Positions 38,583 to 51,576 of a stretch of 64,000 bases of DNA are shown piece by piece. The stretch covers positions 64,170,001 through 64,234,000 of the forward strand of contig OZ024746.1 of NCBI GenBank assembly GCA_964016885.1, in the 5' to 3' direction. The notes under the pieces were generated by a model. The model did not search any database. It worked only from the letters and a program-made list of their open reading frames with translations, and was not told where the DNA came from. Numbering within the stretch: position 1 is the stretch's first letter; the number at the start of each line of letters is the position of its first letter. Source of the stretch: Eledone cirrhosa. Taxonomy: Eukaryota. The translations under genes and the position numbers were made by a program.

Positions 38583-39314
38583 ACCATGTTCGACGGCTTA
38601 TATGATGCACTTTTTTTTTCCTCAAAAATGTCCCAGAAAATCGCCCTGCATTTTATAAGATCTAGAGTCAGTTTGAATTACCAGTTAGTGGAGTCCTAGT
38701 GCCACAGTGGCCCTTAAATTAAACTGCAATCATCTCTGCAAATGTAAACAAGATGGTGATTGCTTTTACACCAACAATGGCAACTCTTTTCTAAAAAAAG
38801 CTACAATTTTGATAAATTTTATGATGAATAAAATAAATTTATTTTCACTTTCTTTTGTTTTAAAAATGTACTAAATATTTCAACAAAAACTATGATGTAG
38901 AGAATAAAATAAATTTATTTTCACACTTTCTTATGTTTTAAAAGTTTACTACATTATTACAATGTGGAATGATAATTAAAAAAATACAATGTACAAACTT
39001 TATACCCTTCACTTGACATTCATAGTTTAACGCATTCACATTATTCTATTTATACTATTATATTTTCATGGTAAAGGCTTTACCTCACATAATTATCTCA
39101 CATAATATCGAATCTATGAGATTTTGAAAGTATTTATTTTGAGAACAATACCTTAACATCAGTTTGAGCGACCAGTTACAGCCAGTTTCAACAGAAAGAG
39201 GTAGAGAATTCTGGCCGGTTTTGGCCAGTTTGAACATTAAAGGGTTAAACCCATTTATTTTTTTTTTTTAAAGGCCTGCCCAAATTGAGGTGCATCTAAT
39301 AAGCCATCAAATAC
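38583..39314. mobile_element. Old pogo/Tc2-like MITE, possibly containing a nested piggyBac-like remnant (~39030-39244)
   Basis: Left end atgttcgacggcttatatgatgcac; reverse complement of right end gtatttgatggcttattagatgcac. Internal ...aaagggttaa end. Confidence 0.5.
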
Positions 39315-39743
39315 TTTATAAAAGCAGGTTTAGAAGAAATATGTTGCATTGGAAAATTCTGTAAATTAAATATTAGACAAAACTATTGAACAGTTTCTGA
39401 TCTTCGGTCATCTGTTTTGAGCTTGAATATCCAAGGATACCACAGATATCAAAGAAATTTGAGTTTTTAGTATTTTAAGGATGGTAAATGCAAATGCTCA
39501 GAATATACCACAGCAGCTGTTCAGAATTAGATCAAGTTTTGAATAAATATTCTTCTTCTCAAGTAGTTTTTGCAATTAACGCCCAAGATAAAACTATAGC
39601 TACCTAGATACATATATAATGATAATAATGAAATAATGACAATTGTGTACAGTGCTCAGGTGCACTACAACTTTTCGAAGGTGCTTGTATAGTATATAGA
39701 ATAATGTACAAATGTCAGAAAAGTGAACAGTGTATGAATCATG

Positions 39744-39815
<72 letters not shown>

Positions 39816-40027
39816 GAAGAATATCAGGAGTAGTGTTGGTGAATTTCAAGAAGCTTGCAATTTTTGAAGGATGTATGTAAATGTTTGAATTTACAACGAA
39901 TAGGTTGTCAGTACTAAAGAAAATTTTAATATTTCTTACAGTGTTGAGAATACTTGCTGCTGATACTCCAAGTTATTTTGTTTTTTTTTTTCACTGATTC
40001 ATATGATCAATATTTAAAATTACAAGT

Positions 40028-40370
40028 GAAAGTGTGTGGCTTAGTGGTTAGAAAGTTGGATTTACAATCAAGAGGTTGTGAGTTCCACTTCCAGACCAGG
40101 AGGTGTGTTGTGTTCTTGAGCAAGACACTTTATTTCATGTTGCTCTAGTTCACTCAGCTGCAGAAATGAATTGTGATATCACTAGTGCCAAGAAGAGTCA
40201 GCCATAACCTTTCTCCTAGATGACATCAGTGGCATGAAGAGGGGAGAATGGTATGTATGGGTGACTGTTGGTCTTCCACAAAGAAGCTTACCTGGGATTG
40301 TGCCTCAGAGAGGAACTTTCAAGGTGTAAATCCCATGATCATTTGTAACCAATGGCAGCCTTTACCCTTT
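40028..40370 (+). mobile_element. tRNA-derived SINE family B-related
   Basis: tggcttagtggttag A box, gagttccact B-box-like, gtgttcttgagcaagacacttt core. Confidence 0.75.
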
Positions 40371-40520
40371 ATATAAAATTACAGCTATTACATAGAATCA
40401 AGTATGACTTCTAGTATGTACCATTCTTTCACTAAGGGTTTTAGGTACCCATGTAGTCAATAGCAGACACAGGCACCCTCTCATGCCTCCCTCCAATGAT
40501 CTATCCCGTTCAATTTTTCC

Positions 40521-40535
40521 TTATATATGTGTATA

Positions 40536-40578
<43 letters not shown>

Positions 40579-40593
40579 ATATATGTATGTGTA

Positions 40594-40624
<31 letters not shown>

Positions 40625-40681
40625 ATGTATATATATTTTTATATATGTATTTTTATGTATGTGTGTGTGTATGTATGTGTA

Positions 40682-40733
<52 letters not shown>

Positions 40734-40736
40734 AGC

Positions 40737-40776
<40 letters not shown>

Positions 40777-40925
40777 ATATATTTATATGTGTACATATGT
40801 GTGTATGTATGTGTGTGTATGTATGTGTATGTATGTGTATATTTATATATAAATATATTTATATGTGTGTCTGTGTATGTGTGTTTATGGGTGCGTGCGA
40901 GTGTGTGAGTGAGTGTGTCTTGTGA
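40521..40925. repeat. TA/TG compound microsatellite
   Basis: Direct reading. Confidence 0.95.
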
Positions 40926-41380
40926 ATGTATCTGTTGTTTTTTGGCATATAGTTGAATAGTTTAAGAGTAATTTGAAGATAATTGTAAGATATGCACTTA
41001 ATATTCTGAATTTGTCTACAGAATTCTCTAAACCTTTGTCACTTAGTAGAACCTTAATGATTTTAGCTTTTAAAGAATCTCCCTTTCCTTTAAATCTATC
41101 TACCATGACTGACCCCCCACTGATCTTATAGACACCTGTTAGCTTAAGAGAAACTTAATAATAAGGAATGGCATGCCATTCTGAACCTGTTTATAGAATT
41201 CTGTCTGCCTTTGTTACTCTAAAAACAAATATAAATAAAAATAAAAATAAAAATAAACTATAGCTTTGTAGAATTAGCTTTTAATGAATTCCCTTTTCTA
41301 TCAACCAATGACCTACACCCATCCCACTCCCCACCCTCTCCTACCACTTGTATAATTACCATACTTATTTTTCGATACCC

Positions 41381-41431
41381 AGATTCCTGATGATTTCTAA
41401 AGAATGAAACAGTTCTAGTCCTGTAGAATCT
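41381..41431 (+). ncRNA. Type I hammerhead ribozyme (family E)
   Basis: AGAUUC-CUGAUGA-U-UUCU-AA-AGAA-U-GAAACAG-UUCUAGUC-CUGUA^GAAUCU: 6-bp stem I, 4-bp helix III, GUA triplet. Decayed relatives at 3223-3260 and 38524-38568. Confidence 0.8.
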
Positions 41432-41556
41432 CATCTATAATATGTATATATATATATGTGTGTATATGTATATATGTATATACATATCTATATGTATATA
41501 TATATATGTGTGTGTATATGTATATATGTATATACATACATATATATATGTATATA

Positions 41557-41930
41557 TACAATATTAAATAAATGGAAACTATATTTATAAAACCATATTT
41601 ATTTCATTATATATATTTCAGGGATATCATATTAACAATATGCTATGCCTTCCTCAGACAAAATACAATATAAACAGTTTTATAGATAAATAGATTCGAC
41701 ATACCGTAACAACATCGACTTGTATTTGAAAAATCAATCACTGCCAAATCAACCTTTTCAAATACAAGTCGATGTTGTTACGGTATGTCGAATCTATTTA
41801 TCTATAAAACTGTTTATATTGTATTTTGTCTGAGGAAGGCATAGCATATTGTTAATATGATATCCCTGAAATATATATAATGAAATAAATATGGTTTTAT
41901 AAATATAGTTTCCATTTATTTAATATTGTA
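41557..41930. repeat. Perfect 176-bp inverted repeat (22-nt loop) of the HHR family D element
   Basis: 41557-41732 is the reverse complement of 41755-41930. Each arm has CUGAGGA..GAAA-UAUAUA-UA (plus-strand copy at 41822-41887). Confidence 0.95.
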
Positions 41931-41939
41931 AATATACTC

Positions 41940-42021
41940 TTGACTCAAGTGGGAAAACCCCCGTCCAAACCCATGCAAGCGTGGAACACGGACGCTAAAC
42001 CTGATGATGATGATGATGATG
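41940..42021 (+). mobile_element. Severely 5'-truncated family C insertion with a 6-bp TSD
   Basis: ATACTC flanks at 41934-41939 and 42022-42027. The empty site is visible in the paralogue near 60590-60605. Confidence 0.8.
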
Positions 42022-42365
42022 ATACTCCAAATATTTGTCGAGTGCTTTTATATCAGTTATAAATATTTACTAGTTGTAACCCAACAATTTAAATATAACT
42101 TTCCATATATGTATATATATATGTGTATATGTATATATGTATGTACATATCTATATGTATATATATATATGTGTGTATATGTATATATGTATAAACATAC
42201 ATATATATATGTATATATATATATGTATGTGTGTATATGTATATATGTATGTACATATCTATATGTATATATATATATGTGTGTGTGTGTATATGTATAT
42301 ATGTATATACATACATATATATATGTATATATTTATGTGTGTATATATATATATATATGTATATA

Positions 42366-42506
42366 AGGGCATCCAACTGTAGAAAACCCGCCAGACAGTC
42401 CTATGCGAGCAAGACAACCACTCTTGCCTCAAGTGGGAAAACCCCCGTCCAAACCCATGCAAGCGTGGAACACGGACGCTAAACCTGATGATGATGATGA
42501 TGATGA
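42366..42506 (+). mobile_element. Family C 3' fragment
   Basis: aagggcatccaactgtagaaaacc..gtggaacacggacgctaaacc(TGA)n. Confidence 0.8.
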
Positions 42507-42572
42507 TATATATATGTATATATATATATGTGTGTGTATATGTATATATGTATGTATATATATATACATGTG

Positions 42573-42603
<31 letters not shown>

Positions 42604-42606
42604 GTG

Positions 42607-42640
<34 letters not shown>

Positions 42641-42644
42641 ACAA

Positions 42645-43107
42645 AATACACCCCCGTCCCACCACCCCCACCCCATCCACACCGCCCCTTTCAATGTAAA
42701 GTTATGTTGGTGCCACAACATCCAGGCCGAAACAAATGAGATGGTGTAGGTGTCACGACAAAAAAACACACAGTCCACGCTGTAATGTGACCGTGTAGGC
42801 AACACGGTAAAAACCTCCCAGACCCACACTGTAAATGTGGTTGGTGTTAGGAAGGGCATCCAGCTGTAGAAAACCTGCCAGACAGTCCACGCTGTAATGT
42901 GGCCGTGTAGGCAACACGGTAAAAACCTCCCAGACCCACACTGTAAATGTGGTTGGTGTTAGGAAGGGCATCCAGCTGTAGAAAATCCGCCAGACAGTCC
43001 TATGCGAGCAAGACAACCACTCTTGCCTCAAGTGGGAAAACTCCCGTCCAAACCCATGCAAGCGTGGAACATGGACGTGAAACGATGATGATGATGATGA
43101 TGATGAT
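42645..43107 (+). mobile_element. SINE-like family C, long copy
   Basis: Near-identical to 6178-6602. Confidence 0.85.
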
Positions 43108-43285
43108 ATATGTGTGTATATGTGTGTATATGTATATACATTTGTATAATATATAACCTCATTAATACAGTCAGCAGTCTTTCAGTCTCACACATGTGTA
43201 TGTGTTTTGTATATACACAACATACTTTCAAATAAATATAAACAATTTTCTGTTTATATATGTGAAACAAAGAGTGTTTGAGAAT

Positions 43286-43287
<2 letters not shown>

Positions 43288-43364
<77 letters not shown>

Positions 43365-43366
43365 GT

Positions 43367-43407
<41 letters not shown>

Positions 43408-43409
43408 GT

Positions 43410-43446
<37 letters not shown>

Positions 43447-43448
43447 GT

Positions 43449-43487
<39 letters not shown>

Positions 43488-43489
43488 GT

Positions 43490-43526
<37 letters not shown>

Positions 43527-43528
43527 GT

Positions 43529-43565
<37 letters not shown>

Positions 43566-43660
43566 GTGGGTGAGAGAGAGAGAGAGAGAGAATGGTGGGT
43601 GAGAGAGAGAGAGAGAGAGAGAGAGAATGGTGGGTGAGAGAGAGAGAGAGAGAGAATGGT

Positions 43661-43701
<41 letters not shown>

Positions 43702-43855
43702 GTGAGAAAGAGAGAGAGAGAGAATGGTGAGTGAGAGAGAGAGAGAGAGAGAATGGTGAGAGAGAGAGACAGAATGGTGGGTGAGAGAGAGAGAGAGAAT
43801 GGTGGGTGAGAGAGAGAGAGAGCGAGAGTGAGAGAGAGAGAGAGAGAATGGTGGG
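43288..43855. repeat. (GA)n punctuated by AATGGTGGGT
   Basis: Direct reading. Confidence 0.95.
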
Positions 43856-44124
43856 GAAGTGAGATGGAAGTGGAAGAATGTGAAGAGAAGGAGGAGGAGG
43901 TAAAGAATATGAAAATCTTTGGAAAGATAGTATTAATACCCTAATTTCTTGCTACCACAAATACCGGAAATTAAAACAATTGTAAAATAACAAGCATCAT
44001 TTCTCTTCTTTCACCATTTTTCTTTCTTTTTACTTTTCTTTTTCATATTTTTGTTTATTTGTTTGTTTTTGTTTGTTTGTTTTTATCTTTTTTTCTAACC
44101 TTGGCCTCTGGTGAAAGGAAGCAG

Positions 44125-45950
44125 TGGGGGTGGTGGGGTGTTGTTGGTGATGGTGGCGGAGGCAGTGTTGGTGGTAGTGGTGGGGGAGGTTGTGGTGATG
44201 ATGGCAGTGTTGGTGGTAGTGGTGGTGGAGGTTGTGGTGATGATGGCGGCGGCAGTGGTGGTGGTGTTGGCCTTGTTGGTGGTGATGATGATGACGATAG
44301 GTTTGGTGGTGGTGATGGTGGCGGTGGCAGTGTTGGTGGTAGTGGTGATGGTCGTAGTGATGATGATGGTAGTGGCGGTGGTGTTTGTGGTGATGGTGGT
44401 GTTGGCGGTGGTGGTGTTGGTGGTGATGATGATGGTGGTGTTGGTGGTAGTGTTGGTGATGATGATGGTGCTAGTGGTGATGATGATGGTGGTGTTGGTG
44501 GTAGTGTTGGTGATGATGGTGGTGCTGGTGGTGATGATGATGGTGGTGTTGGTGGTAGTGTTGGTGATGATGGTGGAGCTGGTGGTGATGATGATGGTGG
44601 TGTTGGTGGTAGTGTTGGTGATGATGATGGTGTTGGCGGTGATGATGATGGTGGTGTTGGTGGTAGTGTTGGTGATGATGATGGTGTTGGTGATGATGAT
44701 GGTGGTGTTGGTGGTAGTGTTGGTGATGATGGTGATGGTGGTGATGATGGTGTTGGTGATGATGATGGTGGTGGGAGAAGCTTACTGTGGAATCAATGGA
44801 CTTCTTAAAACTCTACCATTTCTGACTTTTGATTAGTCACAGACTTTTTACCTTGCTGAGAGGAGAATGTTGGTGCTTGATTGTTAGGTTGCAGAGAGTA
44901 AAGCTGTTATTTTGGAGCTAATTTGACAACCCTTTATCATGAGAGTCATTAATATTCAGTGATAGGGTTGTGGGGGCTGGTGGTGGTGGTGGTGGTGGTG
45001 GTGCTGATTGTGGTAGTGGTGGTGGTGGTGGTGGCAGTTGTGGTGGAGGTGGTGGTAGTAGTGGGGATGTCAGTGGGTGGTAGTGGTGGTGGTGGTGGTG
45101 GCAGTTGTGGTGCTGATTGTGGTAGTGGTGGTGGTGGTGGCAGTTGTGGTGGAGGTGGTGGTAGTAGTGGAGATGTCAGTGGATGGTAGTGGTGGTGGTG
45201 GTGGTGCTGATTGTGGTAGTGGTGGTGGTGGTGGCAGTTGTGGTGGAGGTGGTGGTAGTAGTGGGGATGTCAGTGGATGGTAGTGGTGGTGGTGGTGGTG
45301 CTGATTGTGGTAGTGGTGGTGGTGGTGGCAGTTGTGGTGCTGATTGTGATAGTGGTGGTGGTGGTGGCAGTTGTGGTGGAGGTGGTGGTAGTAGTGGGGA
45401 TGTCAGTGGGTGGCAGAGGTGGTGGTGGTGGCAGAGGTGGTGCTGATTGTGGTGGTGGTGGCAGTTGTGGTGGAGGTGGTGGTAGTAGTGGGGATGTCAG
45501 TGGATGGTAGTGGTGGTGGTGGTGGCAGAGGTGGTGCTGATTGTGGTGGTGGTGGCAGTTGTGGTGGAGGTGGTGGTAGTAGTGGGGGATGTCAGTAGGT
45601 GGTAGTGGTGGTGGTGGTGGTGGTAGCGGTCATGTTGGTGGTGGTGGTGGTGCTGGTTGTGGTGATGTTGGTGGTGGTAGTGGTGATGTTGATGGTGGTG
45701 GTGGCAGTTGTGGTGGAGGTGGTAGTAGTAGTGGGGGTGTCGTAGTGGGGGTGTCAGTAATGGTGGGTGTGGTGGATGGTGGTGGTGGTGGTAGTGGCAG
45801 TAGTGGTGGAGGTGGTGGTAGTAGTGAGGGTGTCAGTGATGGTAGTGAGTGGTGGTGGTGGTGCTGGTTGTGTTGGTGGTGTTGGTGGTAATGGTTGTGG
45901 TGATGAAGGTGGTGGGGTGGTGTAGGTGGTGGCATGGTTGTTGGTGGGGG
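44125..45950. repeat. GGT/GAT-rich triplet satellites in two blocks (44125-44772 and 44975-45950)
   Basis: Direct reading; recurring ggtagtagtggggatgtcagtgg units. Confidence 0.92.
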
Positions 45951-46354
45951 GATACTCCAAAGATTGTTTCAATAAGATTGCAATGAAAGGAAAGTATTCA
46001 GATTGTTATGAAAATATTTAGTTGGGAATTGGGTTGGGCGTTAGGGAGGGAAATTGAGAAAGGGACAGGGAAGGGAGAGAGAATAGAAGAAAGATGGTGT
46101 GAGAGAGAGAGATTTAAGGAGAAAGAGAAAGTTGCGAGAGAATTTGAAGAAAGAAAGACTTTAAGGAAGAAATTGAGAAAATGTAAAACACTTTTGTAGC
46201 CTTCTGTTCTATCATTATTTCTTTTCCTTTCATCCTTACAGGGTCGATAAAATAAAGTACCAGTAATGCACTGGGTAATTGCTGGCCTTGTGCCTAAAGT
46301 AGAAACAATTATTTCTTTTCCTTTGTTTAACAGTGTGTGTGTATTTATATATAT

Positions 46355-46702
46355 CACCATCATCATCATCATACGTCTGCTTTTCCCTGCTTGCAAGGGT
46401 GGGACAGGACTTATTCAGCACAGCATCTCTCCACTTGTCACGGTCCTTTGTCATCTCCACCGTGAGCTTCAGCGATCTGAGGTCTGCTCTCACCACCTCC
46501 GCCCATGTTTTTTGTGGTCTTCCTCTACTGCGTCTTCCTTCAACTGGCATTTCTTGGTGATTCTTCACCCATCGGTCATCCTCCATGTGCATCACATGTC
46601 CATACCATCGCAGTCTCCTCTCCTGCACACTACAATTTATCCCTCTCAGACACAGTTTCTCTCTCAACACACCCATGCTCGGCCGTTCACGCACATTGAC
46701 AT
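46355..46702 (-). mobile_element. RTE LINE family 1, 3' end
   Basis: RRLRWYGHVMHMEDD..GRRSRGRP..RDKWRDAV. Confidence 0.9.
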
Positions 46703-47085
46703 ATCATCATCATCATCTTCATTTAACGTCTATCTTCCACGCTAGCATGGGTTAGACGGGAGTTGTCCCACTTGAGGCAAGGTTGGTCGGGTGACCGTGT
46801 TTCGCTCATATGGGACTATCTGGCAGGTTTTCTATGGCTGGATGCCCTTCCTAACACCAACCACATTTACAGTGTGGTACTGGGAACTTTTTACCGTGTT
46901 ACCTACATGGCCACATTACAGCGTGGACTGTGAGTATTTTTTTTTGTTGTGACACCTACACGATCTCGATCTCATTATCTCATTTATTTGGACTGGATGT
47001 TGTGGTACCAACTTTACAAAGAGAGGGTGGTGTTGGTGGGAGTGGGAGGGTAGGGGTAGTGGACTGGGGTGTATATTTGGATAAG
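46703..47085 (-). mobile_element. Family C SINE-like element
   Basis: Reverse-complement homologous to 42645-43107, with a single internal unit. Confidence 0.8.
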
Positions 47086-47260
47086 AGGTGCCTGCTGACT
47101 GTAGGTTTCGCTTTGTACATAGGCAAGGGGGGTCTTCTGTATTACTATATATATATAGGGAGTGTAACGTGCTGTTACTGTAGGTTCACCCAAGTGAGCA
47201 GTTGATGTGTAGATTCACGTCTGTAAAGAGGTGTAGAACTTAGAGTGAAATAATAATAAT

Positions 47261-47461
47261 AAAAGGATGATTTGTTATGTCTTCATTACGTTTATTGAGT
47301 AGTGACATGCATTTCTGTCATTAACACCGTAGTGGTCCGACGAGCTTTTGATTCCAGAATCAGGCCAGATTGATAAGGAGAGAACCTTGAACTGATCAAT
47401 AAAGAAACGCGCATCAGTACTCAATAAACCTAATGATAAAGACATAACAAATCGTCCTTTT
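47261..47461. repeat. Fold-back element with a decayed HHR
   Basis: Arms at 47261-47315 and 47403-47461. Plus strand has CCGACGA..GAAA-CGCGCA-UC^AGUAC, then AATAAA. Confidence 0.65.
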
Positions 47462-47463
47462 AT

Positions 47464-47547
47464 TGCCTTTCATCTTTATGGGGTTGATAAAATAAAGTAC
47501 CAGTAATATACTGGATAATTACTGGCCTTGTGCCAAAAGTAGAAACA

Positions 47548-47601
<54 letters not shown>

Positions 47602-47981
47602 GGATTGGCAGTATCAGTAGAGGGTCGGACGCCATGCTTTCCAGCACAGTTACGTCCCTTTACGATCTGAGTTCAAATCCCGCCGAGGTTGACTTTGCCT
47701 TTCATCCTTACGGGGTCGATAAAATAAAGTACCAGTAATGCACTGGGTAATTGCTGGCCTTGTGCCTAAAGTAGAAACAATTATTATTATTATTATAAGT
47801 TGGCAGTACCGGTAGAAGGTCGGATACCATGCTTTGCAGCATAGAGTTACACTCCTTTATGGTCTGAGTTCAAATCCTGCCGAGGTTAACTTTGCCTTTC
47901 ATCCTTACGGGGTCGATAAAATAAAGTACCAGTAATGCACTGGGATGATTGCTGGCCTTGTGCCAAAAGTAGAAACAATTA
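47464..47981 (+). mobile_element. Three head-to-tail SINE family A copies separated by (ATT)n
   Basis: Copies at about 47464-47551, 47601-47783 and 47800-47981. Confidence 0.9.
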
Positions 47982-48993
47982 TTATATATATATATAGACA
48001 CACACATGCACATATGTGTCATCATCATCACCATCTAACGTCCATTTTTCCATGCTTGCATGGGTCAGATGGGTTGTCCGTGTCGAGAGACAAGTCTGGT
48101 CAGGATTGACCACACCGTAGTTTGCTCTGACAGGACGGTAAATTTGGCTGGGGTTTTTACAGCTGGTTGCCATTCCTAACACCAACCACATTTACCGTGT
48201 GGGATATTTGTGTATGTATATGATGGACTTGCTCATACTTCTCTACTCATGAGGACCAAAGTATTTTACTTGCTTTTTATTCCACATTTTAGTGTTTGTG
48301 TCTTCTGTGAGACACTAAACCTGCATTGTTTTACAAACCAGACTGCATCCTTTACACATAAATCATTGAACAGAAACTACATTCCTTTCACCTTGCCCTA
48401 GATCACCCAGATGCTCTATCCTTGTGTCCACATGGCTCCTGATACCATTTTAACAGATTTTCCTCCACCCATTACATTCAGCAGCACATTCCTCAAATTC
48501 TGATGCTTATATTCCAATATGCTTGATGTTATCCTTCAGCATATCCTTGTATCAAAGAAGAGGTCTTCCTATGTTTTGCACCCCTACCTGAAGTTGGACA
48601 TAAGTGAGAATGTTGGGTTGTCTTTTATCATCCACCCTAAAAACATAGCCAGCCCATATCTTATTTTAAGATTCACTTCTTTAAAATTTTCAAATGTCAC
48701 TTCCAGTTAGCAATCGCTTAAATAAACATACATATATTTCCATCACTAATTTTCTCCTAATCCAGTTTATATATAATATCGTCTTTTTTTAATGTATCAT
48801 GGATTACGTTACTGATTAAATAAGACAGTGTAACGCAGTCTTCGTTCAATTTCTGTGTATATTGTCAATTACGATTTTATTTGATGTATCATATCTACAT
48901 GCATATATATTTGTGTATAATATCAATATGCACACTACACATGCCAGCAGAAAAGCACACAAGGGTGGTTTTTCTGCTCGTAATTATATTAAT

Positions 48994-49156
48994 GATGGTG
49001 GAAGATCAGCTGTAAAATGATGATGATTATGATAAGGATGTTGGAAGATCATGTGTAAAATAATGATGATTATGATAAGGATGTTGGAAGATCAGGTGTA
49101 AAATAATGATGATTATGATAAGGATGTTGGAAGATCAGGTGTAAAATAATGATGAT
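48994..49156. repeat. 43-bp minisatellite, about 3.7 copies
   Basis: gaagatc recurs at 49001, 49044, 49087 and 49130. Confidence 0.9.
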
Positions 49157-49394
49157 GGTGATACAACAGGCTTTGTACAGTTTCCATTTATCTATTTCAC
49201 TAAGAAACATTAGTTAGCCTGAGGACTTTAGATGACAATTGTTCGAGCTATCACACTCTAGGATAGAACCTAAAACCTCACAGACATTCTTGCACCTAGA
49301 ATGTGTTGTGTGGATTGTCTACACGTGTTCATTTGCATTCATCTATGTGTTTAGTATGTGTGCTTTTATTGTGTGTATGTGTATAGGTATTTTG

Positions 49395-51380
49395 TTTGTG
49401 TTGTATACATGAGTGCATGCATTATGTGTGTGAATGTGTGAATGTGTATATATGTGTGAATGTGTATGTGTATAAATGTGTGCATGCATTATGTGTGTGA
49501 ATGTGTATATGTATATATGTGTGAATGTGTATGTGTATAAATGTGTGCATGCATTATATGTGTGAATATGTATGTGTATATATGTGTGCATGCATTATAT
49601 GTGTGCATGTGTATGTGTATAAATGTGTGCATGCATTATGTGTGTGAATGTGTGAATGTGTATATATGTGTGAATGTGTATGTGTATATATGTGTGCATG
49701 CATTATCTGTGTGAATGTATATATGTATATATGTGTGAATGTGTATGTGTATATATGTGTGCATGCATTATCTGTCTGTGTGAATGTGTATGTGTATAAA
49801 TGTGTGCATGCATTATCTGTGTGAATGTGTATATGTATATATGTGTGAATGTGTATGTGTATATATGTGTGCTTGCATTATATGTGTGAATGTGTATGTG
49901 TATATATGTGTGAATGTGTATGTGTATATATGTGTGCTTGCATTATATGTGTGAATGTGTATGTGTATATATGTGTGCATGCATTATCTGTGTGAATGTG
50001 TATGTGTATATATGTGTGAATGTGTATGTGTATATATGTGTGCATGCATTTCCTGTGTGAATGTGTATGTGTATATATGTGTGAATGTGTATGTGTATAT
50101 ATGTGTGCATGCATTTCCTGTGTGAATGTGTATGTGTATATATGTGTGAATGTGTATGTGTATATATGTGTGCATGCATTATATGTGTGCGTGTATAAAT
50201 GTGTGCATGCATTATATGTGTGAATGTGTATGTGTATATATGTGTGCATGCATTATATGTGTGAATGTGTATATGTATATATGTGTGAATGTGTATGTGT
50301 ATATATGTGTGCATGCATTATCTGTCTGTGTGAATGTGTATGTGTATAAATGTGTGCATGCATTATCTGTGTGAATGTGTATATGTATATATGTGTGAAT
50401 GTGTATGTGTATATATGTGTGCTTGCATTATATGTGTGAATGTATATATGTATATATGTGTGAATGTGTATGTGTATATATGTGTGCATGCATTATCTGT
50501 CTGTGTGAATGTGTATGTGTATAAATGTGTGCATGCATTATCTGTGTGAATGTGTATATGTATATATGTGTGAATGTGTATGTGTATATATGTGTGCTTG
50601 CATTATATGTGTGAATGTGTATGTGTATATATGTGTGAATGTGTATGTGTATATATGTGTGCTTGCATTATATGTGTGAATGTGTATGTGTATATATGTG
50701 TGCATGCATTATCTGTGTGAATGTGTATGTGTATATATGTGTGAATGTGTATGTGTATATATGTGTGCATGCATTTCCTGTGTGAATGTGTATGTGTATA
50801 TATGTGTGAATGTGTATGTGTATATATGTGTGCATGCATTTCCTGTGTGAATGTGTATGTGTATATATGTGTGAATGTGTATGTGTATATATGTGTGCAT
50901 GCATTATATGTGTACGTGTATAAATGTGTGCATGCATTATATGTGTGAATGTGTATGTGTATATATGTGTGCATGCATTATATGTGTGAATGTGTATGCG
51001 TATATATGTGTGAATGTGTATGTGTATATATGTGGGCATGCATTATGTGTGTGAATGTGTATAAATGTGTGCATGCATTATATGTGTGAATGTGTATATG
51101 TATATATGTGTGAATGTGTATGTGTATATATGTGTGCATGCATTATATGTGTGAATGTGTATATGTATATATGTGTGAATGTGTATGTGTATATATGTGG
51201 GCATGCATTATATGTGTGAATGTGTATGTGTATATATGTGTGAATGTGTATGTGTATATATGTGGGCATGCATTTGCATTATATGTGTGAATGTGTATGT
51301 GTATAAATGCGTGCATGCATTATGTGTGTATGTGTATATATTTGGGCATGCATTATATGTGTGTATGTGTGTATGTGTGT
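49395..51380. repeat. Complex TG/TA satellite (tgtgtgaatgtgtatgtgtatata / tgtgtgcatgcatta) with a 725-bp higher-order duplication
   Basis: Near-identical spurious ORFs are offset by 725 bp (49878 versus 50603). Confidence 0.92.
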
Positions 51381-51576
51381 AGGTATGGATGCATCAGTTT
51401 AAGTGTATGTATGTTGTGAGTAGTTTCTGTGATTAAGTGTATGTTTTATATGGTTTATCTATATTTTAAATATGATGAAAGCATGTATATATTTTATTAC
51501 ATTGATAAATGTGTATTGATGTGTTTGCATAGCTGGTTGTATTTGTTGTGTTGGTTGTGTCAGTGTTTCTATGTAG

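Noticed and set aside
44059-45935. Gly-rich structural-protein-like ORFs
   Set aside because: GGT/GAT repeats open in several frames; best explained as satellite DNA.
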